A DNA stretch of 64,000 bases, taken from contig NW_025766968.1 in the NCBI RefSeq assembly GCF_003918875.1, forward strand, positions 5,642,001-5,706,000, given 5' to 3'. The DNA comes from Haliotis rubra (taxonomy: Eukaryota). Each line of letters starts with the position of its first letter. Position 1 is the first letter of the stretch. The notes under the pieces were generated by a model. The model worked only from the letters and a program-made list of their open reading frames with translations. It did no database searches and was not told the origin of the DNA. Below, piece after piece: positions 12,018 to 24,720 of the stretch. The translations under genes and the position numbers were made by a program.

Positions 12018-13280
12018 TCACGTGACCGCACCCCCTCGGCAACACCGACATCATGTATCGGTACACGTTGGTGCATGCCCTCGGACACTACCAGACAGAG
12101 AGGAAAAATAAATACATTTACGAGTCCAATTATCCTGACTACTAAGATACACATTCTGGGAGAGAACGGTGACAGTTCAAGGGTTATGCTAGCAAACCAA
12201 GCCTATCGAGGAACTGATCATTTTCAGCAATTTTTCCACTGACAAAACATGTATTCGAGAATAATATCAACAGAATTCTGTTCAGAACAGCGTGTATGTC
12301 AATGTACTTCCACGCATGTAACATGTTATATCGCGGATTACACATTCTCAGTACCGACTCTCGTACTTTCGTTAGGATGAGTCCCATCCACACTCTGAGA
12401 GAGTGGGTTCGAATCCCGGATGTGACTCAAACTAACAAAGGTACTAGGATCTGTATTTTACTGAGACAGCGATCCAAAATATTACATGTTACATTTGAAC
12501 ACTTTCTAAATGGCATTGTGTATTCATACCTCCTCACGTATTATTTATTTATTATTATCATATCATACTTCCCCACGTATTATTTAATTTATCCTGTATG
12601 TAAATCTTAACACACACACTAATGTATTTTGTATCCTGTAGGTAAACTCGGGTGAAAGACACACACTCGTGAAAACGTTGATATATAACAGATTTAACTA
12701 AATAATTCTGCTCATGTACTCGGGCAGAAAAATATTGAATATACTCGCCGAAACAATCCATACATACAGCTGTTACCACGCATGTTCAGACAATAAACAT
12801 TGCAAAACATATTAACGTCCAGTACACCAAAGTTCAAAATTAGACTTGCATTCTGTGTCGAATAATTGTGCTTTCCAGAACTAAATACGAATAAGTTGTC
12901 GAACCATATTAACAAAACGGATCCTCCATGTATATGCGCATCAAATTTAGATGCAAATTTAACTAAATAATATATTATTGCAAACATGTGACCAGAGCTC
13001 TGCAACATACAATATCAATGCTAATGTTGTCAGACCCTACCTTTCAAACATTACTTCCATTCGCGACATCTGAGATTGAGCCAATACCGTGAGCTTGTCA
13101 CGATTGGTACCCTTTGAAACAGTGATCGAGTTGGTGTTATACCATGACAAACTAATGTGATCGTTGATTTCCAGGTTGTGCTATCGTGATTTAGGGGCGT
13201 TAACAGGAGTGGATATAATATGCAACATATTCGTACGAGCATCGTGACGCGTCGAAATCGGACGGATATGAACTACTTGA

Positions 13281-14690
13281 TCATAGTTGAAGTCGACCTT
13301 GTGCCGTATCCCTTGGGAGCAAGGTGTCAAGGTCAGCCACTACGTACGCCGCCACTGCCCAGATGGCGGAACAAAGATCAAGGACGCTGGAGTTCTCCAC
13401 CGTCATCATGTCTCCGTTGCTGTGGTGGAAGTAGAAGTAGTTTTCGTTGTCGTTCTCTATGCTGCCACTTGGGACACCGATATTTTCCCAAAGGGTAGTG
13501 TCACTGACATCTGCGGGACTGTAGAGGGTTGTCCTGTTGATGGAACTGAGAAGTTGGGCGACCTCCTTCATGATAGCTGTGGCTGCCTTGTTGCCGGAGA
13601 ACTGGAGACCTCTTGGGTTGAAGGTTCCCATGTCTGATTCCATTACCAAGCTCTGTTTTGGAATTTCAGCTTTGTGTTGTTTAAAGTACTCCTGTGCGCC
13701 CCAGAGCCCTTCTTCCTCCCCAGTCCACATGATCATCCTGAGGGTACGCTTAGGGCGAAGTCCCAGTTGGCGGACGAGAGACAGGGCCTGCCAGGAAATG
13801 AAGGCACCGCCGCCGTCGTCCATAGCCCCCTGCCCCACGTCCCAGCTGTCAAGGTGGCCGCTCACGATCACGACTTCATCCGGGTATGTACTGCCCTTAA
13901 TCTCAGCCACTGTGTTCCTGGACTTGACCATGGGCAGGTTCTGAGCTTCCATCTTGAGGTTGATGACGATCTTCTCCCCTCTCAAGGACATCCTATGCAG
14001 CATCTGGGCGATCTCTATCGTGATGCAGGCTGTAGGTATCTTGGTGACGTTGTCGCTGTAGTCCTGCCAGCCGGTGTGGGGGCTGTCTATAGAGAAGGGG
14101 GTCACACTACGTATGAGGGAGGCCACAGCACCCACTTTGGCCGCTTCCACAGCTCCCAGTGAACGATACTGGACAGTCGCTCCATACCCTACCCAGTCCT
14201 CGTTGTACACCACTATCTTCCCGCGGGCCTCGGCAGCTCTCCGCTTCAACTCGTCAAACGTCTTGACCACAATGACCTCAGCCGTGATGCCCTCGGGAGG
14301 GGTGCCGATGCTACCTCCAAGACCCAGTATGTTGAGGGGTAGGATCCGTGGCTGCTCCAGGGTGGCTGACTCCTTCCCTCGCACCCAGTGGGGCACCATG
14401 GCGGACTCTCCGTGTACATTCTCCAGATCATCCTCATTCAACTTCTTCATTATGTAATCAATGGCGTTTTCAAGATTCTGAGAACCCGCAATACGACTCC
14501 CGAATGTGTCCACAAACTCGGCCAGTCGGTTATATGTCTGTCCTTTAGCACTTCCATTGACCACCAGGTTAATTATTCGTTCCGCATCAGCACGGTGACT
14601 TTCGATTTCGTCTTTCACACTGTGGAAAGTTAGTGGGATCGAAAACACAGACACGAAAGCTACTGTTAACAGCAATAACGTAAACTCCAT
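13281..14690 (-). CDS. CPQ: Carboxypeptidase Q, copy B; intronless CDS, 469 aa, signal peptide
   Basis: Same motifs as copy A (SGHLDSWD, GAMDDG, WTGEEEG, MESD, FHHSNGD); different signal peptide MEFTLLLLTVAFVSVFS; inverted relative to copy A. Confidence 0.95.
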   Translation of the reverse strand: MEFTLLLLTVAFVSVFSIPLTFHSVKDEIESHRADAERIINLVVNGSAKGQTYNRLAEFVDTFGSRIAGSQNLENAIDYIMKKLNEDDLENVHGESAMVPHWVRGKESATLEQPRILPLNILGLGGSIGTPPEGITAEVIVVKTFDELKRRAAEARGKIVVYNEDWVGYGATVQYRSLGAVEAAKVGAVASLIRSVTPFSIDSPHTGWQDYSDNVTKIPTACITIEIAQMLHRMSLRGEKIVINLKMEAQNLPMVKSRNTVAEIKGSTYPDEVVIVSGHLDSWDVGQGAMDDGGGAFISWQALSLVRQLGLRPKRTLRMIMWTGEEEGLWGAQEYFKQHKAEIPKQSLVMESDMGTFNPRGLQFSGNKAATAIMKEVAQLLSSINRTTLYSPADVSDTTLWENIGVPSGSIENDNENYFYFHHSNGDMMTVENSSVLDLCSAIWAVAAYVVADLDTLLPRDTAQGRLQL

Positions 14691-15432
14691 GTTAATTATG
14701 TCTCATACAGTTTGCCACTAAGACATTCACAGATAACCTGTATCGCAGTGACCCAATGACCCTATCGTCGCTGAAACAAACTCACCGCGCTGCCTGCTGC
14801 TGCGGGCGTGAACTGAGCGTCATGTGACCAACACTACTGTACCGAGCGCTGAACGAACTCCGTGCTTTGTATTAACTCGCACCTGTACAACGTGACACAT
14901 GCTGAAATGCTTGATATGAACACACGCTATCAGGTGGAATGATATACATCCGGAGTGGTATAAATGATATGTGTTGTGTACGATATCCTCTGATCCATTC
15001 GTCAAAACTCGCCCTTTTCCGTAACACGGGATGACACGAGAGGTCACAAATGAAACATACTTTTTTCAGAAGGCAACGTTTTCGTGCATGCAGTTGGCCT
15101 CTGCTTTAATTATACTGTCCCGATCTACTAGAGCATACAGTTCTGCCTTCGTTGATCTGACACTAGGATTTGTTACAATCGTTATTATTGGTGGTTGGAC
15201 TGCATGCCTGTCAAACAATTTGATGAAGGGACAGAAGGTCGGTCATTCTGGGACAGTGGGTCGCAGGACAATACATCTTTACAAGTTAAGGAGACCGTAT
15301 CGTTTGCACTCCGCTGGACCTCCATGTCAGCACGCGGTGGATAAATACGCAAATAATGATGTTTTTCAATTTCTCCCAAACCACTATACTTTGCGCAGGG
15401 CTTGTTTTGTCGGCAACTTATCTTTACCTATA

Positions 15433-15721
15433 GGGACCGTTCATAATTTATGGCTTTGATGATTTTCAATTCTGTACACGTGAACTAGGGGGTGTCAGCA
15501 ATTTTGTAAATACAAATATTAAAACTTTATGCTAAAAAGTTGTGGGAAAGAAGGGGAGGGGGGGTGTCATTGATTTTGTACATGACATGCAAGGGGGGTC
15601 ACTTACTTTGTACATAAATTTATAAATTTTAGGGGGGTCATTAACATTGTACATGCTTCTCCATAAAAATCATCATCACACACCCCACCCCTTCCCCTAG
15701 CCATAAATTATGAACGGTCCC
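15433..15721. mobile_element. MITE with GGG termini (PIF/Harbinger-like) upstream of CPQ copy B
   Basis: Perfect 22-bp TIR gggaccgttcataatttatggc (15433-15454 and 15700-15721). Confidence 0.8.
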
Positions 15722-16048
15722 CTATCCATCCATCCATCTAATTCGTTTTAACTAAATGTCTACTCCAACCAAACTTAGTTTCCATCTTCCCTCTCCATCT
15801 CTCTGCCTTACAAACACGAACATGTTTCTGATCTCTTACATATTGAAACGGCAAGTTTATACATATTTTGCCTTAAGTGCGCTCCAAGTCAGACCCACAT
15901 ATGACCCTATACCCAGTATCAGCCAACAACAAATAGTTCTTCAGCAAGATGTTCCTACTATCGTTTACAATGATTACCACGCCTGCGCCTGGTGATGTTA
16001 TATGGCTCAGTTGAGACATGAGAGGGTTTTTAAAAACTACCATTGCAT

Positions 16049-16530
16049 GTCACACTAAGAAGGAGAGAGGCCACAGCACCCACTTTGACCGCCCCCACAG
16101 CTCCCAGTGAACAATACTGGACAGTCGCTCCATACCCTACCCAGTCCTCGTTATAGGTGAGGTGAAATTGGGTTTGACGTCGTACTTGAAAATATTTCGC
16201 TCATATGACGACGTGCATGCGTGTGTATATGTGTATGTGCGGCTGCTTGTACTAGCCCAGACTTAAGCTGGTTTTATAGTGCTAGCTCACTGAGATACCA
16301 TGCCGCAGTTAAGCATGAATACCCCACTCAGACACATTATACTGACTCCGAGCCGACCAGTCCATGTTGTACACATTAATGCCGAGCGCCAGACTGAGAC
16401 CAACAAGTACCATATTTTAACGTCTTTTAGTACGACGCGACCGGGGATCGAACCCGCGACCTTCCGCTCTCCGGGCGGACGCTCTAACCACTACACCACG
16501 GAGGCGGTCTCCTCGTTATAGACCACGATC
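16049..16530 (-). pseudogene. Short CPQ gene fragment (about 120 bp) interrupted by a SINE
   Basis: 16049-16156 plus 16522-16530 align to 14101-14217 of copy B and translate as IVVYNEDWVGYGATVQYCSLGAVGAVKVGAVASLLLSV. Confidence 0.88.
16157..16509 (-). mobile_element. SINE family A, full length, inserted in the CPQ fragment
   Basis: 12-bp TSD tcctcgttatag (16145-16156 and 16510-16521); same 5' end gaccgcctcc as the copy at 2530. Confidence 0.9.
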
Positions 16531-17289
16531 GTTTACAGTGATTAACACGCCCATGGTTCAGTTGAGAACATGCGAGGTAAGGGACACTAGATTCGGACAC
16601 CCATGCCTGCCCTGTCACTTCTGGCTTTTGTCCTACATTAAGCTGATACATCCTGATTTTACTGGAAGTTAAACCACGTTAAACCACTCCACATACCCCA
16701 TCCCTTGAAAACAAATTTTAGGCCCCAGTGACATGAGATAAGCAATACAACATATTTCATCATGAATGACGCATACATGTAGTGAAATACCGAATAGAAC
16801 TGTAGCAAGCCATGCTCCTTGTAAGATGCGACTACAGGCTCCGCTGGTCAGGCTAGCTGAGATGGTTGTTTCATGTTATCGAATCCCAACCACATAGATC
16901 AGTGCTCGTGATGTCAGTCATAAAGATATTCAGAACTTGTATGTAATAAATACTCACGCAAGTCTATAATATGGATCAAGTCTACAAAATCTGAAGTTGC
17001 AGGATTTCTGAAAATGAAGAAAATTTATGGGCTCCTGTTAATTATATTTTATACTTACGGAAAAAAAGTAACTGTGCATAACATAAAATTGCAGAATAAA
17101 AAGTTATTTGAAAAGTTATAAAAATAACATGTTGCAAAGCATTTTGCATGAAATGTGATGTCACTCATCGTGCGTGGCAGGCGCACTTTGTGCACAATTA
17201 ACTTAATATCTTTTGCATGCTTTTGAAAAATTAAAAACAGTTCATTATTCTCTAAAATTAGCTTCTGAATACCGTGGAAAATACATTAA

Positions 17290-18415
17290 TTTCAACTTAA
17301 ACTGAGAATCAGTGTATCCGCGCTGTTGGTATGTTGGAGACCGGAATGGCCCAAAATGAAGTGGCCAGACATTTTGGTGTCAATCGAAACACGATCTCAG
17401 CTCTAAGGAGGTATATGCACTGTATGGAACCGACTGAAGGAGCACAACAGCCGGCCCCCACGACCTGCAATACGTCCAATTTTGCTCCAACGTCACCGAC
17501 AGGCACGTCTTGTCCGATGCAGACATCATCTACGGTACAGGAGACAAGATTGGGATAGCGGTTTCTTCACTGACGAGTCGAGATTTCATCAAGGCAGCTC
17601 AGATGGCAGGGCAAGGGTGTACAGACGGCTAGGTGAATGGTATGCTAACGCGTGCGTTGTTTAAAGTCGACAATTTGGTGTCGAAAGCGTTATATTATGG
17701 GGAAGCATCACATCTCATGGTCGGACACAACTTGTCATTGTCGATGACAAATTGACAGGTCTGCGATACAGGGTGAGATTACTGGGCCTCGTGTGCAGCC
17801 GTTCATTCAAAGACAGAGACTTAACTTCACAGTTCAGCAAGATAAATAATGCACGTCCACATGTCGCCCATGTTGTGACAGATTTTCTGAGACAGCAGAA
17901 TAGTCCGGTGCTCCCCTGGCCAGCTGTTTCTCCGGACCTGTCGGGAAGGTGAAATGGAGCGACGTGAAATGGAGAGACGTTTACGTCAAACCCAGAATCA
18001 GCCATTGACGTTAGATGAATTGGGACAAGCGTTGGTTCAGACATGGAACAACATTGAATTCCCAAAGCTTTCTTTAATCCCTTAGTGTCGTCTATGCGTC
18101 TGCACCAACGGCAATAGTGGACGCACACGAGTGGGTGAGTGAGTGAGTTTAGTTTTACGCCACATTCAGCAATATTCCAGCTATATGGCGGCGGTCTGTA
18201 AATAATTGAGTCTGGACCAGATAATCCAGTGATCAACAGCATGAGCATCGATCGGCGCAATTGGGAACCGATGACATTTGTCAACCAAGTCAGCGAGCCT
18301 GACACCCGATCCCGTTAGTCGCCTCTTACGACAAGCATAGTCGCCTTTTGTGGCAAGGTCGCTGAAGACCTATTCTACTCCGGATCTTCACGGGTCTGAC
18401 GCACACGATATAGAA
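17290..18415 (+). mobile_element. Decayed Tc1 transposase spanning HTH and DDE domains
   Basis: GMAQNEVARHFGVNRNTIS (HTH), FTDESRF, NARPHVAHVVTDFL, WPAVSPDLS across shifted frames; interrupted by a family C SINE. Confidence 0.88.
18131..18397 (-). mobile_element. SINE-like family C inserted at the 3' end of a Tc1 transposase
   Basis: 11-bp TSD gacgcacacga (18120-18130 and 18398-18408). Confidence 0.9.
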
Positions 18416-19254
18416 TTTGTGAACTGACTTTTGACAAGGGCGTGTCACAATGCCTAGTGTCAAATCATACAGATTTCGATATTATCCTGTCGTCAGCTGA
18501 ACATGTACAGTGATTAATGAAAACACCACAAATCACGTTATCATTTCGCAGTAAAAATGGCATAACATAAAATATGCACATTTGCCATATTCCAGTAGTA
18601 TATACAAATACTTTAAGCATTTAAAATGCTGTGAAATATGTTCATATCAGAGACTTGACAAAACAAAATCACCGAGTGTCCAGTCCTTTCACGCTTCTCG
18701 CGACATTTTTTGTTGTCTTATATTCATTGAACAAAATAGCTATCCAAACTCTTTACAAAACACATTGTAATTATGATAATTATAGCACGTTTGATGTCTT
18801 ACAAACTCTACAAGTAGACGAACGTTATGATAATGACTTCACAATATAACTAATTGTTCCTATGTATATATGTATATATATATATTCAGTTGTCATGCAA
18901 ATTAGTATCGTTGATGATAAGACACTTTTCACACAGGTTTAAGGTATCTTTTTTCAAATTCATAAATCTTGAAACTTACTGGTACAGGGAAGATATTTAC
19001 AAACCATAAAACTGTGTAGACGCGCCCATGCAGTAAATCGTAAAGATAACCTAGGCTAGGTTATTATCACTCCTCGGGTTTTTAAAATTTTCGGTCTAAA
19101 TCATTCAGTTTATTCACTCGTAAAGAATTTAAACATTTTACATATTATTTTGACAATAAGTGTAATGAATTGATGCCATTTAAAATAAAACAACTGTTTG
19201 GTTTTTCTCGTTTTGTTATCCAATGAGATAAGCTCTGGACATATTATGCAGGGC

Positions 19255-19365
19255 TGTAATAAACATGGCGACTTTTGTCGCTGGAAAGACGTAGTTGCAT
19301 CGTATAACACAGAAGAATCTAGAAATCCGACGTTTTTGTTACGGTGTGTTACCTTTTTAAGGTAA
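19255..19365 (+). promoter_or_regulatory. Candidate SNUPN transcription start and non-coding first exon
   Basis: YY1-like AACATGGCG at about 19262, locally CpG-rich, donor AAG|gtaaac at 19361; coding exon 1 has an acceptor 3 nt before the ATG, so an upstream exon is expected. Confidence 0.4.
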
Positions 19366-20042
19366 ACTGTGAATATGATTTAAACTTATCACTGAAAGAA
19401 AGACCATTGTCACTCGTTATATCGGGTTGTTGAACTAGTTGTCCGGAATTCGTGCACCTGATCCACCGAAAACATCAACAAGAACTTAAGAAGTTGTTGT
19501 TTTTTAAAAAACAAAATTGGAAACAGCCTTTCTTATTGTTCAGAAACCGGAAACCCGATACAAAATGAAACATAAAATCTGGTTTCATATCTTGTTCACA
19601 GGTTGAACATATTTGGAATAGTATCGATATTATGATTATGGTTGTTGGCACAACCTCAATTTGCCGAGAGCCGCGATGCAGTGCGTCCTCGTACTATAAT
19701 AGTTCGGGGCAAAAGTGTACTCTATTACACAATACATGCTGGAAGAGCGAACTGTATTTCTTAATGAATGTATATGTGTAAGATTGTTTTGTAAAATGTC
19801 ACCTGAATGACATGAATGATTTATATCTTCAAGTCTTTGACTGGCATTTAAAAGGGAGGGAATCTAAGGATGTCATTGTCAACTTCATTGTATAAGGAAG
19901 ACTTACAGTGTTCTAAAATGTAATAACAATGTTTTCTTCTATTATTCATTGTGTTAAAAACGTTTATTTCTAGTGTTGGTTATAATAAGGAAGCTATTCA
20001 AATTCTTTCCCTGACAATTGATATTTTGTGTTGTTCCAGAAG

Positions 20043-20203
20043 ATGGAGGAACTGACCGCAGCTCTTGCCACCAGCTTCAGTGTGACGAGAGAGCTGAACA
20101 CAACGGCAGCAGAGCACCCACGCTTCTCCCAGTATAAACTCAAGCTGAGTCCATCAGAGAGGCAGGAGGCACGCAGAAGGAAGATTTTAGAGATTCAGAA
20201 GAA
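20043..20203 (+). CDS. SNUPN: Snurportin-1 coding exon 1 (importin-beta-binding region)
   Basis: MEELTAALATSFSV...HPRFSQYK...RRRKILEIQK matches the snurportin N-terminus; acceptor ttccag ending 20039, donor gtatgt at 20204, phase 2. Confidence 0.92.
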
Positions 20204-22509
20204 GTATGTTATTGTTGATATCTTTTCCCATTTTGCTGATATGAAGTAGTAATTGTTCTAATAATTTCCCTTTGGTGTCCACTGATTGGAGGTAAGAAGT
20301 GTATAAGTTTGGCCACAGCAGTGTAGATTTCTGACGGATGGTCTAAATTTACAGCTTGCTAGTCTGATGGTCTGGTCAAAATTTTAGATGTTCCCTACAT
20401 CTGAATAAATTCACCATATCTTGGTGTCTGCTCTGGTTAAGCCCATTTTGGGATGGTAACATTATGAACTTGAAGTTGAGGGGGTTTTTGGCTTATTTCA
20501 TACACTGGCCACTGTTTAGAAAAAGTTTATTTAGTGTTCCTTGAGATTCACTTGTTTTTCGAATGAGTAATCTGATCTGTCAATGCCTGGCAACTTATAA
20601 GTAAGAACTGTCAGCCTTTGCTGATTCTGCTGCTGGATCTGCATGTTGCCATTTACCTTCAGAATATAAATACTGATATTTAATAGTATTTGAATTCAGT
20701 GTTGTTTAATCTATGAAAAATACTTCTTAGACAACAGTACACAATTTATGACATCATTCATCGCAATAATCCAGCACAAGCCACATATATTTCATCATCA
20801 AGGGGCAGTATTCTTTTACTGGGCATAGCTTAAATATTATTTTTTTATGTTGGATAGGCAATCAAATGCCATGAAGTCACTTGTAATTATTCATATATGG
20901 GTGTATGTGACCAGGGGACCAATGGATAAGTGGGAAGAAGATTCATTGGGATTTCTTTACTTGAACCCAAACTGACTGAGTGAGAATTATAAACACAGAC
21001 AGACAAGCTGGTGATTAAAACTGGAAAATATTGAAGGAACACTTGGTTTTCCTGTGTTCCTTTATTTGTTTCTCTCAGTATATCTAGTAAAAATGTCTGG
21101 TTTGACATTTCATACTCCATGGTACATGGGCACTGACAGACATATATTTAATATGTGATATACTCAAGGGCATGTGATCGTATCCATTCTGACTGACAGT
21201 TTATTTGTACCCATGATAAAAGATACATTCTTTTGACTTGATATTTCACTGTTGGTTTGTCTGCACAATATCAAGTTTCTGAATGTGACACATCCTAACT
21301 ATGCATGAGCATTTGAATGTTTCTGTCATCAGACTCAGTCACCAGGAATAGTGTTTGACTCTCACTTTCACCATTGGTTTGTCAGCACCAGATTCAGCAC
21401 TCTGTCACTTTGTATTTGCATTCTTATGTTGGGTTAGGTTGACCGTACATCCATGGTTTGAACGTGGACCAAAAAAAAAAACTGCGACAGAAAATGGCAA
21501 AGATATAAGGAAAATCAAATGATCAGCTATTTACACATGCGCTCTTTTTGGTGCTTTGTCTTGACAATACTGGGAGAGTAACATGAAAAATCTCTATACT
21601 TTTTAAAGGAGGACAGTTTCTGTAAATGGTTGGTTTCACATGGCGATGAAAAATTGTATCATTGGCAATTTAAATCCAGGATAATTTTAAAGAATACACT
21701 TGACACTTCAATAAGACACTTGCATCAGTCTGTACTAGTTTGAACAAAGCATTGAGGGGACTGTGAAGTACATTTCATTGTCTTTGTAACATGTTTCAGT
21801 CAGGAGGAACTTCATGTGATTTTTGGAGGATAGAAGTGCATGTTAATGTGTGATTGTCTGTATTCATAAATCTCTCAATACAACTCCCTGCTTCCATAGG
21901 CTAGGTGAGACGCAGTTCCCCAAATACTCTGTGTGAAAATTGGCATGTGTCACTACTACTTCAATCATGTCTACAGCCTTGTATTGATGGGTGATTGAGG
22001 AACAAAGTATCCCCCTCCATGAAGTATTGATGTTAAGTTCCACAATCTCCACTCCCTATTCTATAGCTTTGGTCACAATTTGTTCTATTTAGTCAATGAA
22101 GTATGCACAAATTGCTTGAGATTTTGTGAAAAAGTCACAGGGAAATATAGAGTTTCGTAAGGAATTTGGAAATAGATTTAGTATATGTAATGGGTATATA
22201 CTTTACTCTTCAATCTTATAACTCTTCCATTCTGTCTGAGTAAGAGGAAACGTGACAACAGATGGATTCCCATGTGGTGGTCGGGCTTCATGAGTGTTTG
22301 CAATGTTTTGTAGAACAAGGGAGACAACTGATAGTCCAAAGTGTGTCCCTGCAGAGAAGTGCTCTCCCACTTCAGGAGATTCTCATTCCCAGAGATGTAC
22401 TGAGTGAGCTCTGAATCCAGGGACTTGCCACTTGCTTTGTGTCTGTGTTTATACCGCACTCCATGTAAATAACACCCCATCAAAATACAATGCCATTTAT
22501 TACTCAGTG

Positions 22510-22670
22510 CGGTTGGGTATCCTAGTGGTTAAAGTGTTCACTCGTCGCACTGAAGGCCTGGGTTTGATCCCATGTAGGTACAATGTGTGAAGCCCATTTC
22601 TGGTGTCCCCTGCTGTGATGTTCCTGGTTTATTGCCAAAGGATGTTTAATACCTGACTGACACACTTACT
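22510..22670 (+). mobile_element. SINE family B, degenerate
   Basis: ctagtggttaaag head and gtacaatgtgtgaagcccatttctggtgtcccc body. Confidence 0.75.
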
Positions 22671-23129
22671 ATTGACTGCTCAGGATGATGGAGGTGGGGT
22701 ATGGAGTATTAACAACCTCATTCTAAGGACTTACCAATATACCTTCTTTGAGCGTCTGACTTCGAAACCCAGGGCTAATTATACTGAATACGGTATTCAT
22801 ACATGCTCGTATTAAAGGTACATACCCATTTCTGTGTTTTAAATTTTGGTGTTTGAGACTTACGTGATTAGTTAACTTTTGGTCATGTCTGTGACTTCAA
22901 AATGGAGAATGGATCTGCAAAGGGGTGTTGACAGGGTCTGTAGCTTTAATACCATTGACAGTGGTGCAGATGATTTTATTTTTTTCCACATTAACACCTT
23001 CATGAGCATGATATGGTTCAATTTGTTCCACTAACACTTGTATCATGCATGCATATTGCCATGGCGACTTCAGTCAGAATAGATCATTAGAACCTCATGC
23101 TTGTGATTGAGGATAGCTGACATTGTGAC

Positions 23130-24720
23130 AGAGTGGATCATAGCTGTCACATGACATGGATCACAGCTGTCCGTTAGACATGACATGGATCATAGCAGTC
23201 TGTCTGTCATGACATGGATCTTAGTCATCTCTCTGTCATGATATGGATCACAGCTATCTTTTTGTCATGACATGGAACATAGCTGCCTGTCATGACACGG
23301 CGGGGCGATGGGGTAGCCTAATGGTTAAAGCGTTGGCTCGTCACGTCGAAGACCAGGGTTCGATTCCCCACATGGGAACAATGTGTGAAGCCCATTTCTG
23401 GTGTACCCCGCCGTGATATTGCTGGAATATTGCTAAAAACGGCGTAAAACCATACTCTCTCACTCATTCACTCATGAGATGGATCATAGCTGTCTTTCTG
23501 TCATGACATGGATCATAGTTATCTGTCTGTCATGACATAGATCATAGTTATCTGTCTCTCATGACATGGATCACAGCTGTCTTTCTGTCATGACATGGAT
23601 CATAGTTATCTGTCTGTCATGACATGGATCACAGCTGTCTTTCTGTCATGACATAGATCATAGTTGTCAGTCTGTCATGACATGGAACATATCTGCCGTT
23701 CTGTCATGACATGAATCATAGTTATCTGTCATTATATGGATCATAGCTGTCTTTCTGTCATGACATGGAGCAGCTGTCAGTCAGGACATGGATCATAGCT
23801 GACATCTGGCATGGCATGGAACATAGCTGTCAGTCATGACATGAACATAGCTGTCTTCTGTCATGACATGGATCATAGTTATTTGTCTGTCATGACATGG
23901 ATCACAGCTGTCTTTCTGTCATGACATGGATCATAGTTATCTGTCTGTCATGACATGGATCACAGCTGTCTTTCTGTCATGACATAGATCATAGTTGTCA
24001 GTCTGTCATGACATGGAACATATCTGCCGTTCTGTCATGACATGAATCATAGTTATCTGTCATTATATGGATCATAGCTGTCTTTCTGTCATGACATGGA
24101 GCAGCTGTCAGTCAGGACATGGATCATAGCTGACATCTGGCATGGCATGGAACCAAGCTGTCAGTCATGACATGAACATAGCTGTCTTCTGTCATGACAT
24201 GGATCATAGTTATTTGTCATGTCATGACATGGATCATAGCTGTCTTTCTGTCATGACATGGATCATAGATGTCTGTCCGTCATGACATGGATCATAGCTG
24301 TCTTTCTGTCATGACATGGATCATAGTTATCTGTCAGTCATGACATGGATCATAGCTGATCTGTTTCTGTCATGACATGGATCATAGTTATCTGTCCGTC
24401 ATGACATGGATCATAGCTGTCTTTATGTCATGACATGGATCATAGTTATCTGTCTGTCATGACATGGATCATAGCTGTCTTCTGTCATGACATGGATCAT
24501 AGTTATCTGTCTGTCATGACATGGATCACAGCTGTCTTTCTGTCATGACATGGATCATAGCTGTCTTCTGTCATGACATGGATCATAGATGTCAGTCATG
24601 ACATGGCTCATAGCAGTTTATAAGAGATGGATCATAGTTGTCTTTCTGTCCTGGATCATATCTGTCTAATATGGATCACATAACTATATGTCTGTCTTGG
24701 ATCATAGCTGTCTGTCAGCC
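23130..24720. repeat. 29-bp satellite in the first SNUPN coding intron
   Basis: Unit gtcatgacatggatcatagctgtctttct with palindromic core TGTCATGACA. Confidence 0.95.
23300..23473 (+). mobile_element. SINE family B inserted in the 29-bp satellite
   Basis: Complete head, body and tail, with satellite units on both sides. Confidence 0.88.

Noticed and set aside
17715-18305. 196-aa ORF
   Set aside because: Chimaera of a family C SINE and the antisense strand of a Tc1 relic; the same peptide recurs at other SINE copies.
23130-24720. CRISPR-like array of 29-bp palindromic repeats
   Set aside because: No unique spacers, no cas genes, and it lies in a eukaryotic intron; it is a satellite.
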